Below are positions 21,508 through 31,276 of a stretch of 64,000 nt of DNA, in pieces. The notes under the pieces were generated by a model. That model ran no database searches. It had not been told where the DNA came from and saw only the letters and a list, made by a program, of their open reading frames with translations. The number at the start of each line of letters is the position of its first letter. Position 1 is the first letter of the stretch. This stretch comes from an uncultured Eubacteriales bacterium (GTDB lineage Bacteria > Bacillota > Clostridia > TANB77 > CAG-508): NCBI GenBank assembly GCA_902492015.1, contig CABUJR010000008.1, positions 33,509-97,508 on the forward strand. The letters run 5' to 3'. The position numbers and the translations under genes are program-made.

Positions 21508-22696
21508 GGCAGTTGGTTATATAACCTTTAGAAAAGATAGAAAAACATGGTCTGTTAGGTATAAAGAATTTAATGCAGAAAAAGGTAAACATACAATAAA
21601 AGCTAAAGATTTTAAAACTCAAGAAGAAGCCAAAAGATATTTAGATACTATTATGTATCAAAGAGAAAATCCGTTGTACATTAAAAATAATGGAATTCCA
21701 TTATGTGAATTAATGAAATCAAATTTGAACTTAAAATTTGATACAAATCAGGTTTCAGAAGTCACATATAATAGAACAATGCAAACTATTAAAAAAATTG
21801 AACAATTTCCAATTGGAAAAAAGAAAATTGATGAAATTACTTCAGATGAATTACAAGCATTTATGAATTATCATAAGTATTTAAGTAATTCTACAATAGA
21901 TAAATTATATTATCAATTAGGAAGTTCTTTTAAAAATGCTATTAATAAAGGTTATTTAACAAGAAATCCAATGATTAATGTTATAAAACCCAAAAGCAAT
22001 AAAGAAGATAAGGAAGTTAGAGCATTAACTTTTGAAGAACAACAAGCACTTACTGATTATTTATTAACAAAAGATATATTAGAGTGCAAATTTAAAAATG
22101 TATATTTAATTCAAATGTTTATGGGACTTCGAGTTGGAGAAGCTTTAGCACTTTCTACTTATGATATAGATTTAAAAAATAAAAGATTAAATGTGAAAAG
22201 AACATTAACAAAAGATTTAGAAGGTCATACTATAATGGGAAAAAGCACGAAAACTTATTTTGGAAAAAGAACATTACCAATACCAGATTATTTAATAAAT
22301 CCAATTATGGAACAAATGATATTGGCTGAAAATCAAATTAACAACAAAGATAAATTATTATTTAAACCAGAAGATAGAGAATTTACAGATAGAGAAAATG
22401 TAAATAATGCTTTAAAACGATTATTGAAAAGACACTTTGGAATTGAAGATATTACAACACATAGTTTGAGACATACTTATGGGACAAGATGTATCGAAAG
22501 TGGTATGGCTCCAGTAGTTGTTCAAAAATTAATGGGGCATAAAGATATATCAATAACACTTAATACATATACATCAGTATTTGATAAATTCAAAGAGAAA
22601 GAAATTAACAAGGTTAATAAATATTATCTTGAAGAAAATATGTTAAAAGCTGTTCAATTATTAAAAGAAGAACAAGATAATGAAAAAATATTATAA
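21485..22696 (+). CDS. int: tyrosine-type site-specific integrase
   Basis: C-terminal catalytic region HSLRHTYGTRCIESG...LMGHKDISITLNTYTS (R..H..R..Y); adjacent to the tRNA att site. Confidence 0.85.
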   Translation: MKMKKQSKAVGYITFRKDRKTWSVRYKEFNAEKGKHTIKAKDFKTQEEAKRYLDTIMYQRENPLYIKNNGIPLCELMKSNLNLKFDTNQVSEVTYNRTMQTIKKIEQFPIGKKKIDEITSDELQAFMNYHKYLSNSTIDKLYYQLGSSFKNAINKGYLTRNPMINVIKPKSNKEDKEVRALTFEEQQALTDYLLTKDILECKFKNVYLIQMFMGLRVGEALALSTYDIDLKNKRLNVKRTLTKDLEGHTIMGKSTKTYFGKRTLPIPDYLINPIMEQMILAENQINNKDKLLFKPEDREFTDRENVNNALKRLLKRHFGIEDITTHSLRHTYGTRCIESGMAPVVVQKLMGHKDISITLNTYTSVFDKFKEKEINKVNKYYLEENMLKAVQLLKEEQDNEKIL

Positions 22697-22709
22697 AGCG
22701 AGAGAGTCC

Positions 22710-22742
22710 TATAAAATCAATCTTATAGGACTTTTACATAAC
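22710..22742 (+). terminator. intrinsic terminator after int
   Basis: GAGTCCTATAA-aatcaatc-TTATAGGACT followed by TTTT. Confidence 0.45.
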
Positions 22743-22951
22743 CAAAATAAGCTTTGGTTATGCAAATTAGATAACCAAAAATAAAAATTTCAAATTTTGG
22801 TTATGTGTTTGGTAATGTAAATTGAGAAAAACTGTAAAATTTTGAGAGAAATTTAAAAACATTTAATATGAAAAAAGGCTCTAAATAAATATCCTACAGT
22901 TTTTATCAATTTTTTATAAAATAAAAAAACACCAGTTTTTCAACTGGTGTT

Positions 22952-23028
22952 TGGTGCGCCCTCAAGGATTCGAACCTTGGACCCACCGGTTATGAGCCGG
23001 TTGCTCTGACCAACTGAGCTAAGGGCGC
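22952..23028 (-). tRNA. tRNA-Met (anticodon CAU), 77 nt with encoded CCA
   Basis: Reverse complement folds as GCGCCCT acceptor / AGGGCGC-A-CCA; CTCATAA anticodon loop; GGTTCGAATCC T-loop. Confidence 0.85.
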
Positions 23029-23375
23029 GTATTGTTTCTTGCTCAACGCAAGATTAATTATAAACGATTGAATATAATATGTCAATACCTAAATTTAATT
23101 TTTTTTAAATTTTAATAAAATTTTTCTTTAGAATTTTTATGTATTAGATAAGTGTAAAATACTAGTAAAAACATTGTTTTGCATAATAACTCATAAAATT
23201 ATGGTTGATTATAAACAATGTTTAATCATTAACTTAAAATAGAATTTTATTTTGCAATTTAAAATAAACAACAAAAAAATATTGAAAAACGATAAAAAAT
23301 AATTGACAAACGAAAAAAGAAATGATATATAAGAAGCATAGAAAATAAATTTTATAATTATAAATTTATTTTAAT

Positions 23376-23867
23376 ATGGAAATAAAAGAAGGTAAAAATA
23401 TGAAAGTTTTTGGAAAATATGGATTAGGAAATATTTTGAAAATTCTATTACAGATAGTTTTTATTTTTGGTATATCAATATTAATAATTTTTCCAATAAT
23501 AATTTCAAACACAAATATTTCTATAAATCCAAATATTATATTATTTTATCCAAACGCAATATGCTTATTATTAATAATATACCAATTTGTTGGGCTATTT
23601 AATTCACTAAAAGAAGAAAATCCTTTTTGCAAAAATACAGTTAAGAGATTAAAGGCATCTCAAAAAATTTCTGCTGTGGCATCAGTATTTTGGCTATTTG
23701 ATTTTGTTTTTGAAACTTTTATAGTAAAAAACACAAGTATTTTAGTTATAATTGTATTACTATTTATGTTTATATTATTTATAGGTGTAACAATAGCTTT
23801 ATATATTTTGTCTGAATTATTTAATAAAGCGATTGAATATAAAAATGAAAATGATTTAACAATTTAA
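23376..23867 (+). CDS. DUF2975-like membrane protein
   Basis: Four to five TM helices; followed by a small XRE HTH gene, the usual DUF2975/YozG pairing. Confidence 0.35.
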   Translation: MEIKEGKNMKVFGKYGLGNILKILLQIVFIFGISILIIFPIIISNTNISINPNIILFYPNAICLLLIIYQFVGLFNSLKEENPFCKNTVKRLKASQKISAVASVFWLFDFVFETFIVKNTSILVIIVLLFMFILFIGVTIALYILSELFNKAIEYKNENDLTI

Positions 23868-23894
23868 AAATAGAAGAAAGAGGAGAGAAGTATA

Positions 23895-24098
23895 ATGATT
23901 ATTGTAAATTTAGATGTAATGATGGCGAAACGAAAAATATCTTCTCAAGAATTAGCAGAAAAAGTGGGAATTACTCAGGCTAATTTATCTATTTTAAAAA
24001 ATAATAAAGGAAGAGCGATTAGATTTTCTACATTAAATGCAATTTGTGAGGCTTTAGATTGTACACCAGGAGATATTTTGGAATATTCAAAAGAATAA
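23895..24098 (+). CDS. small XRE-family HTH regulator (YozG-like)
   Basis: 67 aa; Cro/C1 HTH ISSQELAEKVGITQANLSILKNNKG; AGAGGAGAG RBS. Confidence 0.65.
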   Translation: MIIVNLDVMMAKRKISSQELAEKVGITQANLSILKNNKGRAIRFSTLNAICEALDCTPGDILEYSKE

Positions 24099-24155
24099 AA
24101 TAAACAAATTAGAAAATTTTCTAGTTGTAATAAGAATAAAAACAAGGAAAATGGT

Positions 24156-25277
24156 ATGGAAAATTTATTACTTTTTATAATTTTACTTATTATTTCTTTT
24201 TTTACCTTAATACCAATATATTTAACCCTAATAAATATTATAAATTTAATAAGTAAGGTAAAATTAAAAGAAAATTTACATGATATTTTAACTTTTTTAT
24301 TAGGAATAATTTTTACATGTATATTATGGAATGCTTTTGATTTTAAAACTTATACAGAAACTATAAGATATAGTGGTTTCATTTTTGAGCCTATAGAGCA
24401 TACTCCTATAGATTTTGCTTCAGCACCTACTGTATATGCTGTAATAGCTATTGGATTTTTGTCTTATACATTAATAAGAATAAATAAATCAAATTTACCA
24501 CCACTTATAACAGTATTTTCTATGTCAGGAATAGCTATATGCAGAATTTTTTGCATAGTATTTATGATTCAAATTAGTAAAAATATTTTAGGGCATCCTT
24601 TATATGCTTATTTTTTATTACTACCTTTCAATTATATATTGTGCTCAATAAGGGCAGAAATAGGAGTAATAAAACAATATAAAGAAAAACAAAGAAATAA
24701 AGAAATTTATGAAAATAAATTTTTGAATAAATGTAATAATTTGTTAATGAAAATAGATGTTGAAAAATGGCCTTTTATAGCAATTATTTTAGTTGTTCCT
24801 TTAGCAGTAATATTAATAATTATTTTGTGTGTTTTTGGTCAAAGACCAGACGCAATAATAAAAGCTTTTACTTCAACTAGTGATTGGACTTTGTCACAAA
24901 TGTATTCTCCACCACCAGTATATTATGATGCGCATTATCTATGTACAGTTTCATTAAAAGGTCACAAAAAATTAGTAAAACCAATAAGATATGGGATTAG
25001 AAGAAATCAAAAAATTGTTGTAAATAGACAATTATGTATAGCAAATGCTTTTGAGCAATTAATTGAAGAAAAAACTCCTAAGTTCCATAAAGCTGTAAGA
25101 TATATCTATGATAAATATGGCTATCCATTATCAAAACACATAAATACACCAATTCAAGCAGATATTACATATATTTTAATGAAACCATTAGAATATATTT
25201 TTCTAATAGTTTTATATTTATTTGATAAAGAGCCAGAAAACAGAATTGCAAAGCAATACTTACCTAAAATTGATTAA
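24156..25277 (+). CDS. hypothetical membrane protein with C-terminal soluble domain
   Basis: 373 aa; about 7 TM helices then a roughly 140-aa conserved-looking soluble tail. Confidence 0.35.
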   Translation: MENLLLFIILLIISFFTLIPIYLTLINIINLISKVKLKENLHDILTFLLGIIFTCILWNAFDFKTYTETIRYSGFIFEPIEHTPIDFASAPTVYAVIAIGFLSYTLIRINKSNLPPLITVFSMSGIAICRIFCIVFMIQISKNILGHPLYAYFLLLPFNYILCSIRAEIGVIKQYKEKQRNKEIYENKFLNKCNNLLMKIDVEKWPFIAIILVVPLAVILIIILCVFGQRPDAIIKAFTSTSDWTLSQMYSPPPVYYDAHYLCTVSLKGHKKLVKPIRYGIRRNQKIVVNRQLCIANAFEQLIEEKTPKFHKAVRYIYDKYGYPLSKHINTPIQADITYILMKPLEYIFLIVLYLFDKEPENRIAKQYLPKID

Positions 25278-25301
25278 TAGATTATTTATAAAAGAGGTCT
25301 T

Positions 25302-25772
25302 ATGAAAAGTGTAAAATTGTTTTGGATAAAAATAGTGCTAATAATACTAATGATTTTAAATGTTATTTTTATTCCAATAATAATAAAAAATATAATTTCT
25401 AGCAATGAATATACTTTATATATTAATGATGATAATATGGAAAATATAGCTAGAAAAGTAAAAGTAGAATATGGATTAGTAGGCTTAGAAAGTAAGATAA
25501 AAAATGCAAGAAAAATAGAATATTCTGTTACAGATGGAAAGAAAGCTTGTAAAATAGAGTATGAAAATGGAAGTATAAAAAATCTGTCTAATCAAGAAAT
25601 AGTAGATATTAATAATTTTATAAAAAATGAAGGGTACTCAAAATCTGAAATTTATATATTATTTTTATCTGTAGATATTATTTTATTATTTCTATTTAAG
25701 TTTTTTTATAACAAAATAAATAATGAAATAAAATTTATTAATGGATTTGAAGAAATAGATAATGATTATTAA
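25302..25772 (+). CDS. hypothetical membrane-anchored protein
   Basis: 156 aa; N- and C-terminal hydrophobic helices. Confidence 0.3.
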   Translation: MKSVKLFWIKIVLIILMILNVIFIPIIIKNIISSNEYTLYINDDNMENIARKVKVEYGLVGLESKIKNARKIEYSVTDGKKACKIEYENGSIKNLSNQEIVDINNFIKNEGYSKSEIYILFLSVDIILLFLFKFFYNKINNEIKFINGFEEIDNDY

Positions 25773-25944
25773 TCTTTTAAAAAAATTAATAAAAAATAAT
25801 ATTAAAAGGCAATACAGAGAGAATAGACATACAAAATTAAATAAAATACAAGATTTAGAAAAAAAATAAAAAAATTAAAAAATAGTATTGACAAGAAGTG
25901 GAAATAACATTATAATAAGACATGTGCTCAAGATGAGCATATAC

Positions 25945-26030
25945 GGGTAGGTGGTCGAGTGGTTAATGGCACCAGACTGTAAATCTGGCGACGAGAGTCT
26001 ACGATGGTTCGAATCCATCCCTGCCCACCA
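25945..26030 (+). tRNA. tRNA-Tyr (GUA), long variable arm, CCA encoded
   Basis: GGGTAGG acceptor / CCTGCCC-A-CCA; anticodon loop ACTGTAAAT; TTGACA-17-TATAAT promoter upstream. Confidence 0.85.
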
Positions 26031-26116
26031 CTTTTTATAAAAATTGGATAAAAGTGTTGACAAACTGATGTAGATATAGTAAAATAAAACTCGTCAGTTG
26101 AACAGAACAATTAAAT

Positions 26117-26192
26117 GGTCGCTTAGCTCAGCTGGGAGAGCATCTGCCTTACAAGCAGGAGGTCATAGGTTCGAACCCTATAGCGACCACCA
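26117..26192 (+). tRNA. tRNA-Val (UAC)
   Basis: GGTCGCT / AGCGACC-A-CCA acceptor; CCTTACAAG anticodon loop; own TTGACA-17-TAAAAT promoter. Confidence 0.85.
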
Positions 26193-26202
26193 TTTATTTT
26201 AT

Positions 26203-26279
26203 GGCCTGGTAGTTCAGTTGGTTAGAATGCCGCCCTGTCACGGCGGAGGTCGACGGTTCGAGCCCGTTCCAGGTCGCCA
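26203..26279 (+). tRNA. tRNA-Asp (GUC)
   Basis: GGCCTGG / CCAGGTC-G-CCA acceptor; CCTGTCACGG anticodon loop. Confidence 0.85.
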
Positions 26280-26316
26280 AAATATCTAGTTAAGTCACTA
26301 GATATTTTTTATATAA

Positions 26317-26392
26317 GGCTTCATAGCTCAGTTGGTAGAGCAGGGGACTGAAAATCCCCGTGTCAGTGGTTCGATTCCACTTGAAGCCACCA
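26317..26392 (+). tRNA. tRNA-Phe (GAA)
   Basis: GGCTTCA / TGAAGCC-A-CCA acceptor; ACTGAAAAT anticodon loop; followed by hairpin plus T-run. Confidence 0.85.
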
Positions 26393-26884
26393 TATACATA
26401 GGGTAGTAAGGCCTTCAAAGGATTGTCTTATTACTCTATTTTTTTATTTTTTCAGGTTGCTAATAGTTGAGATAGAAATTATTCAAAGTATTTATTTTCT
26501 AAGTTACTTCTGCTTTTTTATAAATATTCTGTGAGAAAGTTTTGCAAATCTATTAAGATATTATGGTTACTTCCTAATTTAATAAAAAATAAAAGTAAAA
26601 GAAAGAAATTAAGAGAAAAGAAAAAAATACCGTGTTGTATAAAAATAAGAAAAGCAAATATAAACTTTTTTAGACATATATTGACTTTTTTATTTACTAA
26701 GAGTATAATAATCATGTCGGCAATTAACATAAATCTTTCTTTATGAATATTACTATATTAACAGATTAAGTTACAAGGTGCTACTTTAACCAAAAAAGTA
26801 ATTCATAGTTTGTTAAAATAGTATTTTTTTATCTAATTTTGTTATTTTATAATAAGTAAATTTATTATAAAAAGGAGGTAAATC

Positions 26885-28240
26885 ATGGATGCAATAGATA
26901 CAGTTAATATTGTAGAAGAAATAAGAGAATTAATTGAAAATAAGAAAATTAATAAATTACATGATTATTTAGAAACAATTAATAGTGCTGATTTGCCGAG
27001 CATTTTAGATGAATTTGATGAAGAAAATACAATAATGATTTATAGATTGCTACCTAAAGGAAAGGCTGCAGAAGTTTTTGTAGAACTAGATTCTGACGAT
27101 AAAGAAAAATTGATTTCTTATTTAACAGATAGTGAAATAAAAAATGTTATGAATGAAATTTACATGGACGAGGCAGTTGATTTAATAGAAGAAATGCCTT
27201 CAAATGTTGTAAAAAGGATACTTGCAAATACAAAACCACAAAACAGAAAAATAATAAATGAATTATTAAAATATCCAGATGATACAGCTGGAAGTATGAT
27301 GACAACAGAATTTATAGATTTAAAAGAAAATATGAGTGTTGAAAAGGCTTTTGAATTTATAAAAAATAAAGGTCTAAAAAAAGAAACTGTTTATAATTGT
27401 TATGTTTTAAGTATTGATAGAAAACTTTTGGGTGTAATAGATATAAAAGCACTTCTAATTGCTGACCGAAATATGTTGGTTCAAGATATAATGGACACAA
27501 ATGTTATTAAAGCATATACTTTAGAAGATCAAGAGGAAGTAGCAAAATTATTTGATAGATATGATTGTATAGCTGTTCCAGTAGTTGATAAAGAAGAAAG
27601 ATTAGTTGGTATTATAACTATAGACGATGCTATTGATGTAATGCAAGAGGAAACTTTAGAAGACTTTGAAAAAATGGCAGCTATAGCTCCAGCAGAAACA
27701 TCATATTTTAAAACTAGTGTATTTAAACATGCAAAAAATAGAATAGTATGGTTATTTATTTTAATGATTTCTGCTATGGTAACAGGAGCAATTATCGAAA
27801 ATTTTGAAACTGCAATATCATCACTTCCTATTTTAGTAGCTTTTATTCCTATGATAATGGGAACAGGAGGAAATTGTGGTTCACAAAGTTCAACTCTTAT
27901 TATAAGAGGTCTTGCAATGGATGAAATATGTACTAAAGATTTGCTTAAAGCTATGTGGAAAGAATTTAGAGTAGCTTTATTAGTTGGTTTAACTTTAGGA
28001 ATAGTAAATACTGCTAGAATTGTTATTCAATATCAAGATATAAAAATAGCAATAGTTGTTTCAGTAACGTTAATGTTTACAGTAATAATTGCCAAATTAT
28101 TAGGATGTATGTTACCGATAGCTGCAAAAAAATTAAAGTTAGATCCAGCAATTATGGCCTCACCTTTACTTACAACTATTGTTGATACTGTTTCTGTTTT
28201 ACTATTCTTTACAATTTCAACAGCAGTATTTCATTTATAA
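26885..28240 (+). CDS. mgtE: magnesium transporter MgtE
   Basis: MgtE N-domain, tandem CBS domains, C-terminal five-helix membrane domain; 451 aa; TTGACT-17-TATAAT promoter at 26682-26710 with an approximately 170-nt leader. Confidence 0.85.
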   Translation: MDAIDTVNIVEEIRELIENKKINKLHDYLETINSADLPSILDEFDEENTIMIYRLLPKGKAAEVFVELDSDDKEKLISYLTDSEIKNVMNEIYMDEAVDLIEEMPSNVVKRILANTKPQNRKIINELLKYPDDTAGSMMTTEFIDLKENMSVEKAFEFIKNKGLKKETVYNCYVLSIDRKLLGVIDIKALLIADRNMLVQDIMDTNVIKAYTLEDQEEVAKLFDRYDCIAVPVVDKEERLVGIITIDDAIDVMQEETLEDFEKMAAIAPAETSYFKTSVFKHAKNRIVWLFILMISAMVTGAIIENFETAISSLPILVAFIPMIMGTGGNCGSQSSTLIIRGLAMDEICTKDLLKAMWKEFRVALLVGLTLGIVNTARIVIQYQDIKIAIVVSVTLMFTVIIAKLLGCMLPIAAKKLKLDPAIMASPLLTTIVDTVSVLLFFTISTAVFHL

Positions 28241-28415
28241 TATAAATTTTATTCATATAATAATACTTTGATAATATGATTATATAAATTTGATAAAATA
28301 ACATTTTTGCAAAAATAAATCAAATTCTTAACATTTTATTTATTTTGTTGATATATAGATTATTTTGAATTATAATTAAAATGTAGAAAATAAAACATAT
28401 AGAAAAGGTAGAAAA

Positions 28416-29000
28416 ATGAAGAAAATTTATATTGTGTTAGCACATACAGGAACTCTATTATCTAGAATTATAAAAATGAAAACTGGTGCAGAATATACAC
28501 ATGTTTCAATATCGTTAGATGAAGATTTAAAAAATATGTATTCTTTTGGAAGAAAATATTCATATATTGCTTTTTTAGGTGGCTTTGTAAAAGAGGGAGC
28601 TGATTTTGGTACTTTCAAAAGATTTTATAATACTGAAATTAGTATATATGAATTAGAAGTTTCTGATGAGGTTTATGAAAAAATTTGTCAAAAAATAGAA
28701 TATATAAAAGTACATAAGGATGAATATAAATTTAATATTTTAGGTTTATTTTTAGCTGGATTTGAGAAAAAAAGAAAGCTTGATAAAACATATTATTGTG
28801 CAGAATTTGTTAAATTATTAATGGAAAAATCAGGTATTGATACAGAAGGATTACCAGATATTATAAAACCAGAACATTTTAAAAATTTGAAAAATACTAA
28901 ACTTATATACAAAGGAAAACTAAAAGAATATAAAAGAACAAATAGATATATGGATTTTCTTTTGGAATATATGCTTAGAGAAAAAGCGTCATCACATTAA
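28416..29000 (+). CDS. hypothetical protein, possibly a permuted papain-like (YiiX/C92-type) hydrolase
   Basis: His (YTHVSI) precedes Cys (YYCAEFV) as in permuted papain-fold enzymes; weak. Confidence 0.3.
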   Translation: MKKIYIVLAHTGTLLSRIIKMKTGAEYTHVSISLDEDLKNMYSFGRKYSYIAFLGGFVKEGADFGTFKRFYNTEISIYELEVSDEVYEKICQKIEYIKVHKDEYKFNILGLFLAGFEKKRKLDKTYYCAEFVKLLMEKSGIDTEGLPDIIKPEHFKNLKNTKLIYKGKLKEYKRTNRYMDFLLEYMLREKASSH

Positions 29001-29153
29001 TAAATATATTTAAAAAAGTTCTTTAAAGTTCTTCATATAAATAAAAACTTAAATTAAATATTTTAATTTTAATTTAAGTTTTTTATTTTATAATTTTTTT
29101 GAAGAATGTAAATATTACAGATAAATAATAAATTTTAATAAAGGAATGATAAA

Positions 29154-29822
29154 ATGAGAGTTTTAATCGTTGAAGATGATAAAATATTGGCAAAAACAGT
29201 AGAACAATGTATTGGAAGCAAATATGATGTTGACCATGCTTATGATGGTGAAGAAGGTATACTTTATGCAAAACAAGAAATTTATGATGTAATCATATTA
29301 GACATAATGTTGCCGATTATGAATGGTTATGAAGTATTAAGTGAACTTAGAAATAATAAAATTTATACACCTGTATTAATATTAACAGCAAAAGATGGAA
29401 TTGGAGATAAAGTAAAAGGTTTTAGATATGGTGCTGATGATTTTTTAGTAAAACCATTCAACAGAGAAGAATTAATTGTTAGAATAGAAGCATTAATAAG
29501 AAGAGCAAATGGAAATTATTATGATAATATAATAGAATATAAAGGATTAGTTTTAGATTTAAATAGTAGAAAAGTACAAGCTGGTGATAAAGAGATTATA
29601 TTGCAAGGAAAACAATTTGATGTATTAGAATATCTAATAAAGTCTAAAAATACAATTATAACTAAAGAGCAAATTTTTGATAAAATATGGGGTTTTGATA
29701 GTGAGACTACAACTAATGTAATTGAAGTTTATGCAAGTGGTTTAAGAAAGGAATTAAAAAAGATCGGATATGATAAATACTTAAAAACAATTAGAGGTGT
29801 AGGCTATATCTGGTCTGAGTAA
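29154..29822 (+). CDS. OmpR-family response regulator
   Basis: Receiver domain (DD ... D53 ... K) and winged-helix output domain (GVGYIW). Confidence 0.85.
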   Translation: MRVLIVEDDKILAKTVEQCIGSKYDVDHAYDGEEGILYAKQEIYDVIILDIMLPIMNGYEVLSELRNNKIYTPVLILTAKDGIGDKVKGFRYGADDFLVKPFNREELIVRIEALIRRANGNYYDNIIEYKGLVLDLNSRKVQAGDKEIILQGKQFDVLEYLIKSKNTIITKEQIFDKIWGFDSETTTNVIEVYASGLRKELKKIGYDKYLKTIRGVGYIWSE

Positions 29823-29833
29823 TAAATGAAGAT

Positions 29834-31165
29834 ATGGAAGAACAAAAAGTTTTAAGGAGAAATTTAATAAGACATATTATCTATAATATAATAGGATTTT
29901 CTACAATTTTCATACTTTGTGGTATATTTATATTTTTAATGGTAAGAGGAATTACTTATAGAGGAATATATCAGGAGTTATATGATAGCAAAAGGAAAAT
30001 TTTGGAATTAGATGAAGAAAAGATGAATATCATTATAAATCCAAATTATTTATCTAATAATTATAGAGAAAGTTGGATAAAAAAAGCTATTAGCGAATAT
30101 CAAGATTTAGCTTTAACTCAAAGAATAATGAATCCGAATGTATCAATTATTTTAAGAGATGAAAACAAAGAAATAATTAATGCAGATGAGTTAGGTAGAT
30201 TATATGAATATAAGGATCAGATAGAATTTGATACTAAAAAAATGAATAGGATTTATGACCTAACTTTAGATAACAAGTATAATTATAAAGTTTTAAATTT
30301 TGTATTTGAGAGAGATTTTGAAGAAGATAGATATATACAATTATTAATAAATATAGATAGTGAAAAATATTTAGTAACTAATTACTTAAAGATAATTAGT
30401 TTATCTGTTACTGTGGGTATAGTACTTTCTATTTTTGCAAGTTATATTTTGTCCAAAAAAACTTTAAGGCCATTAAGAGATAATATAGAAAAACAGATGG
30501 AATTTGTTCAAAATGTTTCTCATGAATTGAGAACTCCTCTTACAATAATTCAAGCAAAACAAGAAATATTACTACAAGAACCTAATAGTAAAATAATTGA
30601 TAAATCAGAGGATATAATTTTGACTTTAAATGAAACAAAAAGGCTTAGCAAACTAATCAAAGATTTAATGCTTCTTTCTAGAGCTGATTCAGATGGTATG
30701 AAACTACAAAAAGAAAATGTTAATATTGATGAATATATTGAAGAAATAGTTAGTCCATATAAAGAAATTGCAGAAATGCAAGAAAAGGATATAATTCTTA
30801 GTTTAGATTATAAAGTAGATATTGATATAGATACAAACAAATTTTATCAATTAATGATAATTTTACTTGATAACGCAATAAAATATACAGAGGCTAATGA
30901 GAGTATTGAAGTAAAGACTTATTTAAAAGACAATAAATTTGTTTTAGAAGTTGCAGATACAGGAATTGGAATAAGTGAAGAAGGTATGACAAGAATTTTT
31001 GAGAGATTTTATAGGGAAGATAAAGCTAGAAATAGAGAAACAGGAGGAAGCGGATTAGGTCTTTCTATTGCAAGCTCAATAGTAACAGCACATGGAGGTA
31101 CAATTAAAGCAAGTCATAATACTCCAAAAGGAAGTGTATTTACAATAAGACTACCAAAAAAATAA
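29834..31165 (+). CDS. sensor histidine kinase
   Basis: Two TM helices; H-box (VSHELRTPLT); N, G1, G2 boxes of the HATPase (DTGIGI ... GGSGLGLSI). Confidence 0.85.
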   Translation: MEEQKVLRRNLIRHIIYNIIGFSTIFILCGIFIFLMVRGITYRGIYQELYDSKRKILELDEEKMNIIINPNYLSNNYRESWIKKAISEYQDLALTQRIMNPNVSIILRDENKEIINADELGRLYEYKDQIEFDTKKMNRIYDLTLDNKYNYKVLNFVFERDFEEDRYIQLLINIDSEKYLVTNYLKIISLSVTVGIVLSIFASYILSKKTLRPLRDNIEKQMEFVQNVSHELRTPLTIIQAKQEILLQEPNSKIIDKSEDIILTLNETKRLSKLIKDLMLLSRADSDGMKLQKENVNIDEYIEEIVSPYKEIAEMQEKDIILSLDYKVDIDIDTNKFYQLMIILLDNAIKYTEANESIEVKTYLKDNKFVLEVADTGIGISEEGMTRIFERFYREDKARNRETGGSGLGLSIASSIVTAHGGTIKASHNTPKGSVFTIRLPKK

Positions 31166-31276
31166 GAATAAATTAAAAAAATGGCAATTTTTATATTGCC
31201 ATTTTTTTTATAATAGGAAAGTTTAAAATATTAATAAATTGTGTATATTATTAGTAATAGATTTCAGGAGGTTTTT

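Larger units (their letters stand above)
14261..22962. mobile_element. integrative mobilizable element (IME) inserted at the 3' end of tRNA-Met; int/xis/mobV/oriT plus cargo; probably defective
   Basis: Flanking direct repeats of the tRNA 3' end; tyrosine integrase next to the tRNA; MobV relaxase (nonsense-interrupted); DUF3846-like and sigma-r4-like genes; cargo of higher GC. Confidence 0.65.

Noticed and set aside
26518-26746. Overlapping 70/71-aa ORFs on both strands
   Set aside because: They lie in the mgtE promoter/leader region and both are low-complexity Lys/Phe/Ile runs, most likely noise.
26393-26884. M-box (Mg2+ riboswitch) expected upstream of mgtE
   Set aside because: None of the conserved M-box segments is recognisable in the 170-nt leader. 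Only a sigma-A promoter and the terminator of the tRNA operon were found.
31241-31276. ORF-track start of clpC (MYIISNRF...)
   Set aside because: It has no RBS. The GGAGG at 31267 precedes the ATG at 31277 (MVYKFT), which also matches the conserved Clp_N start.
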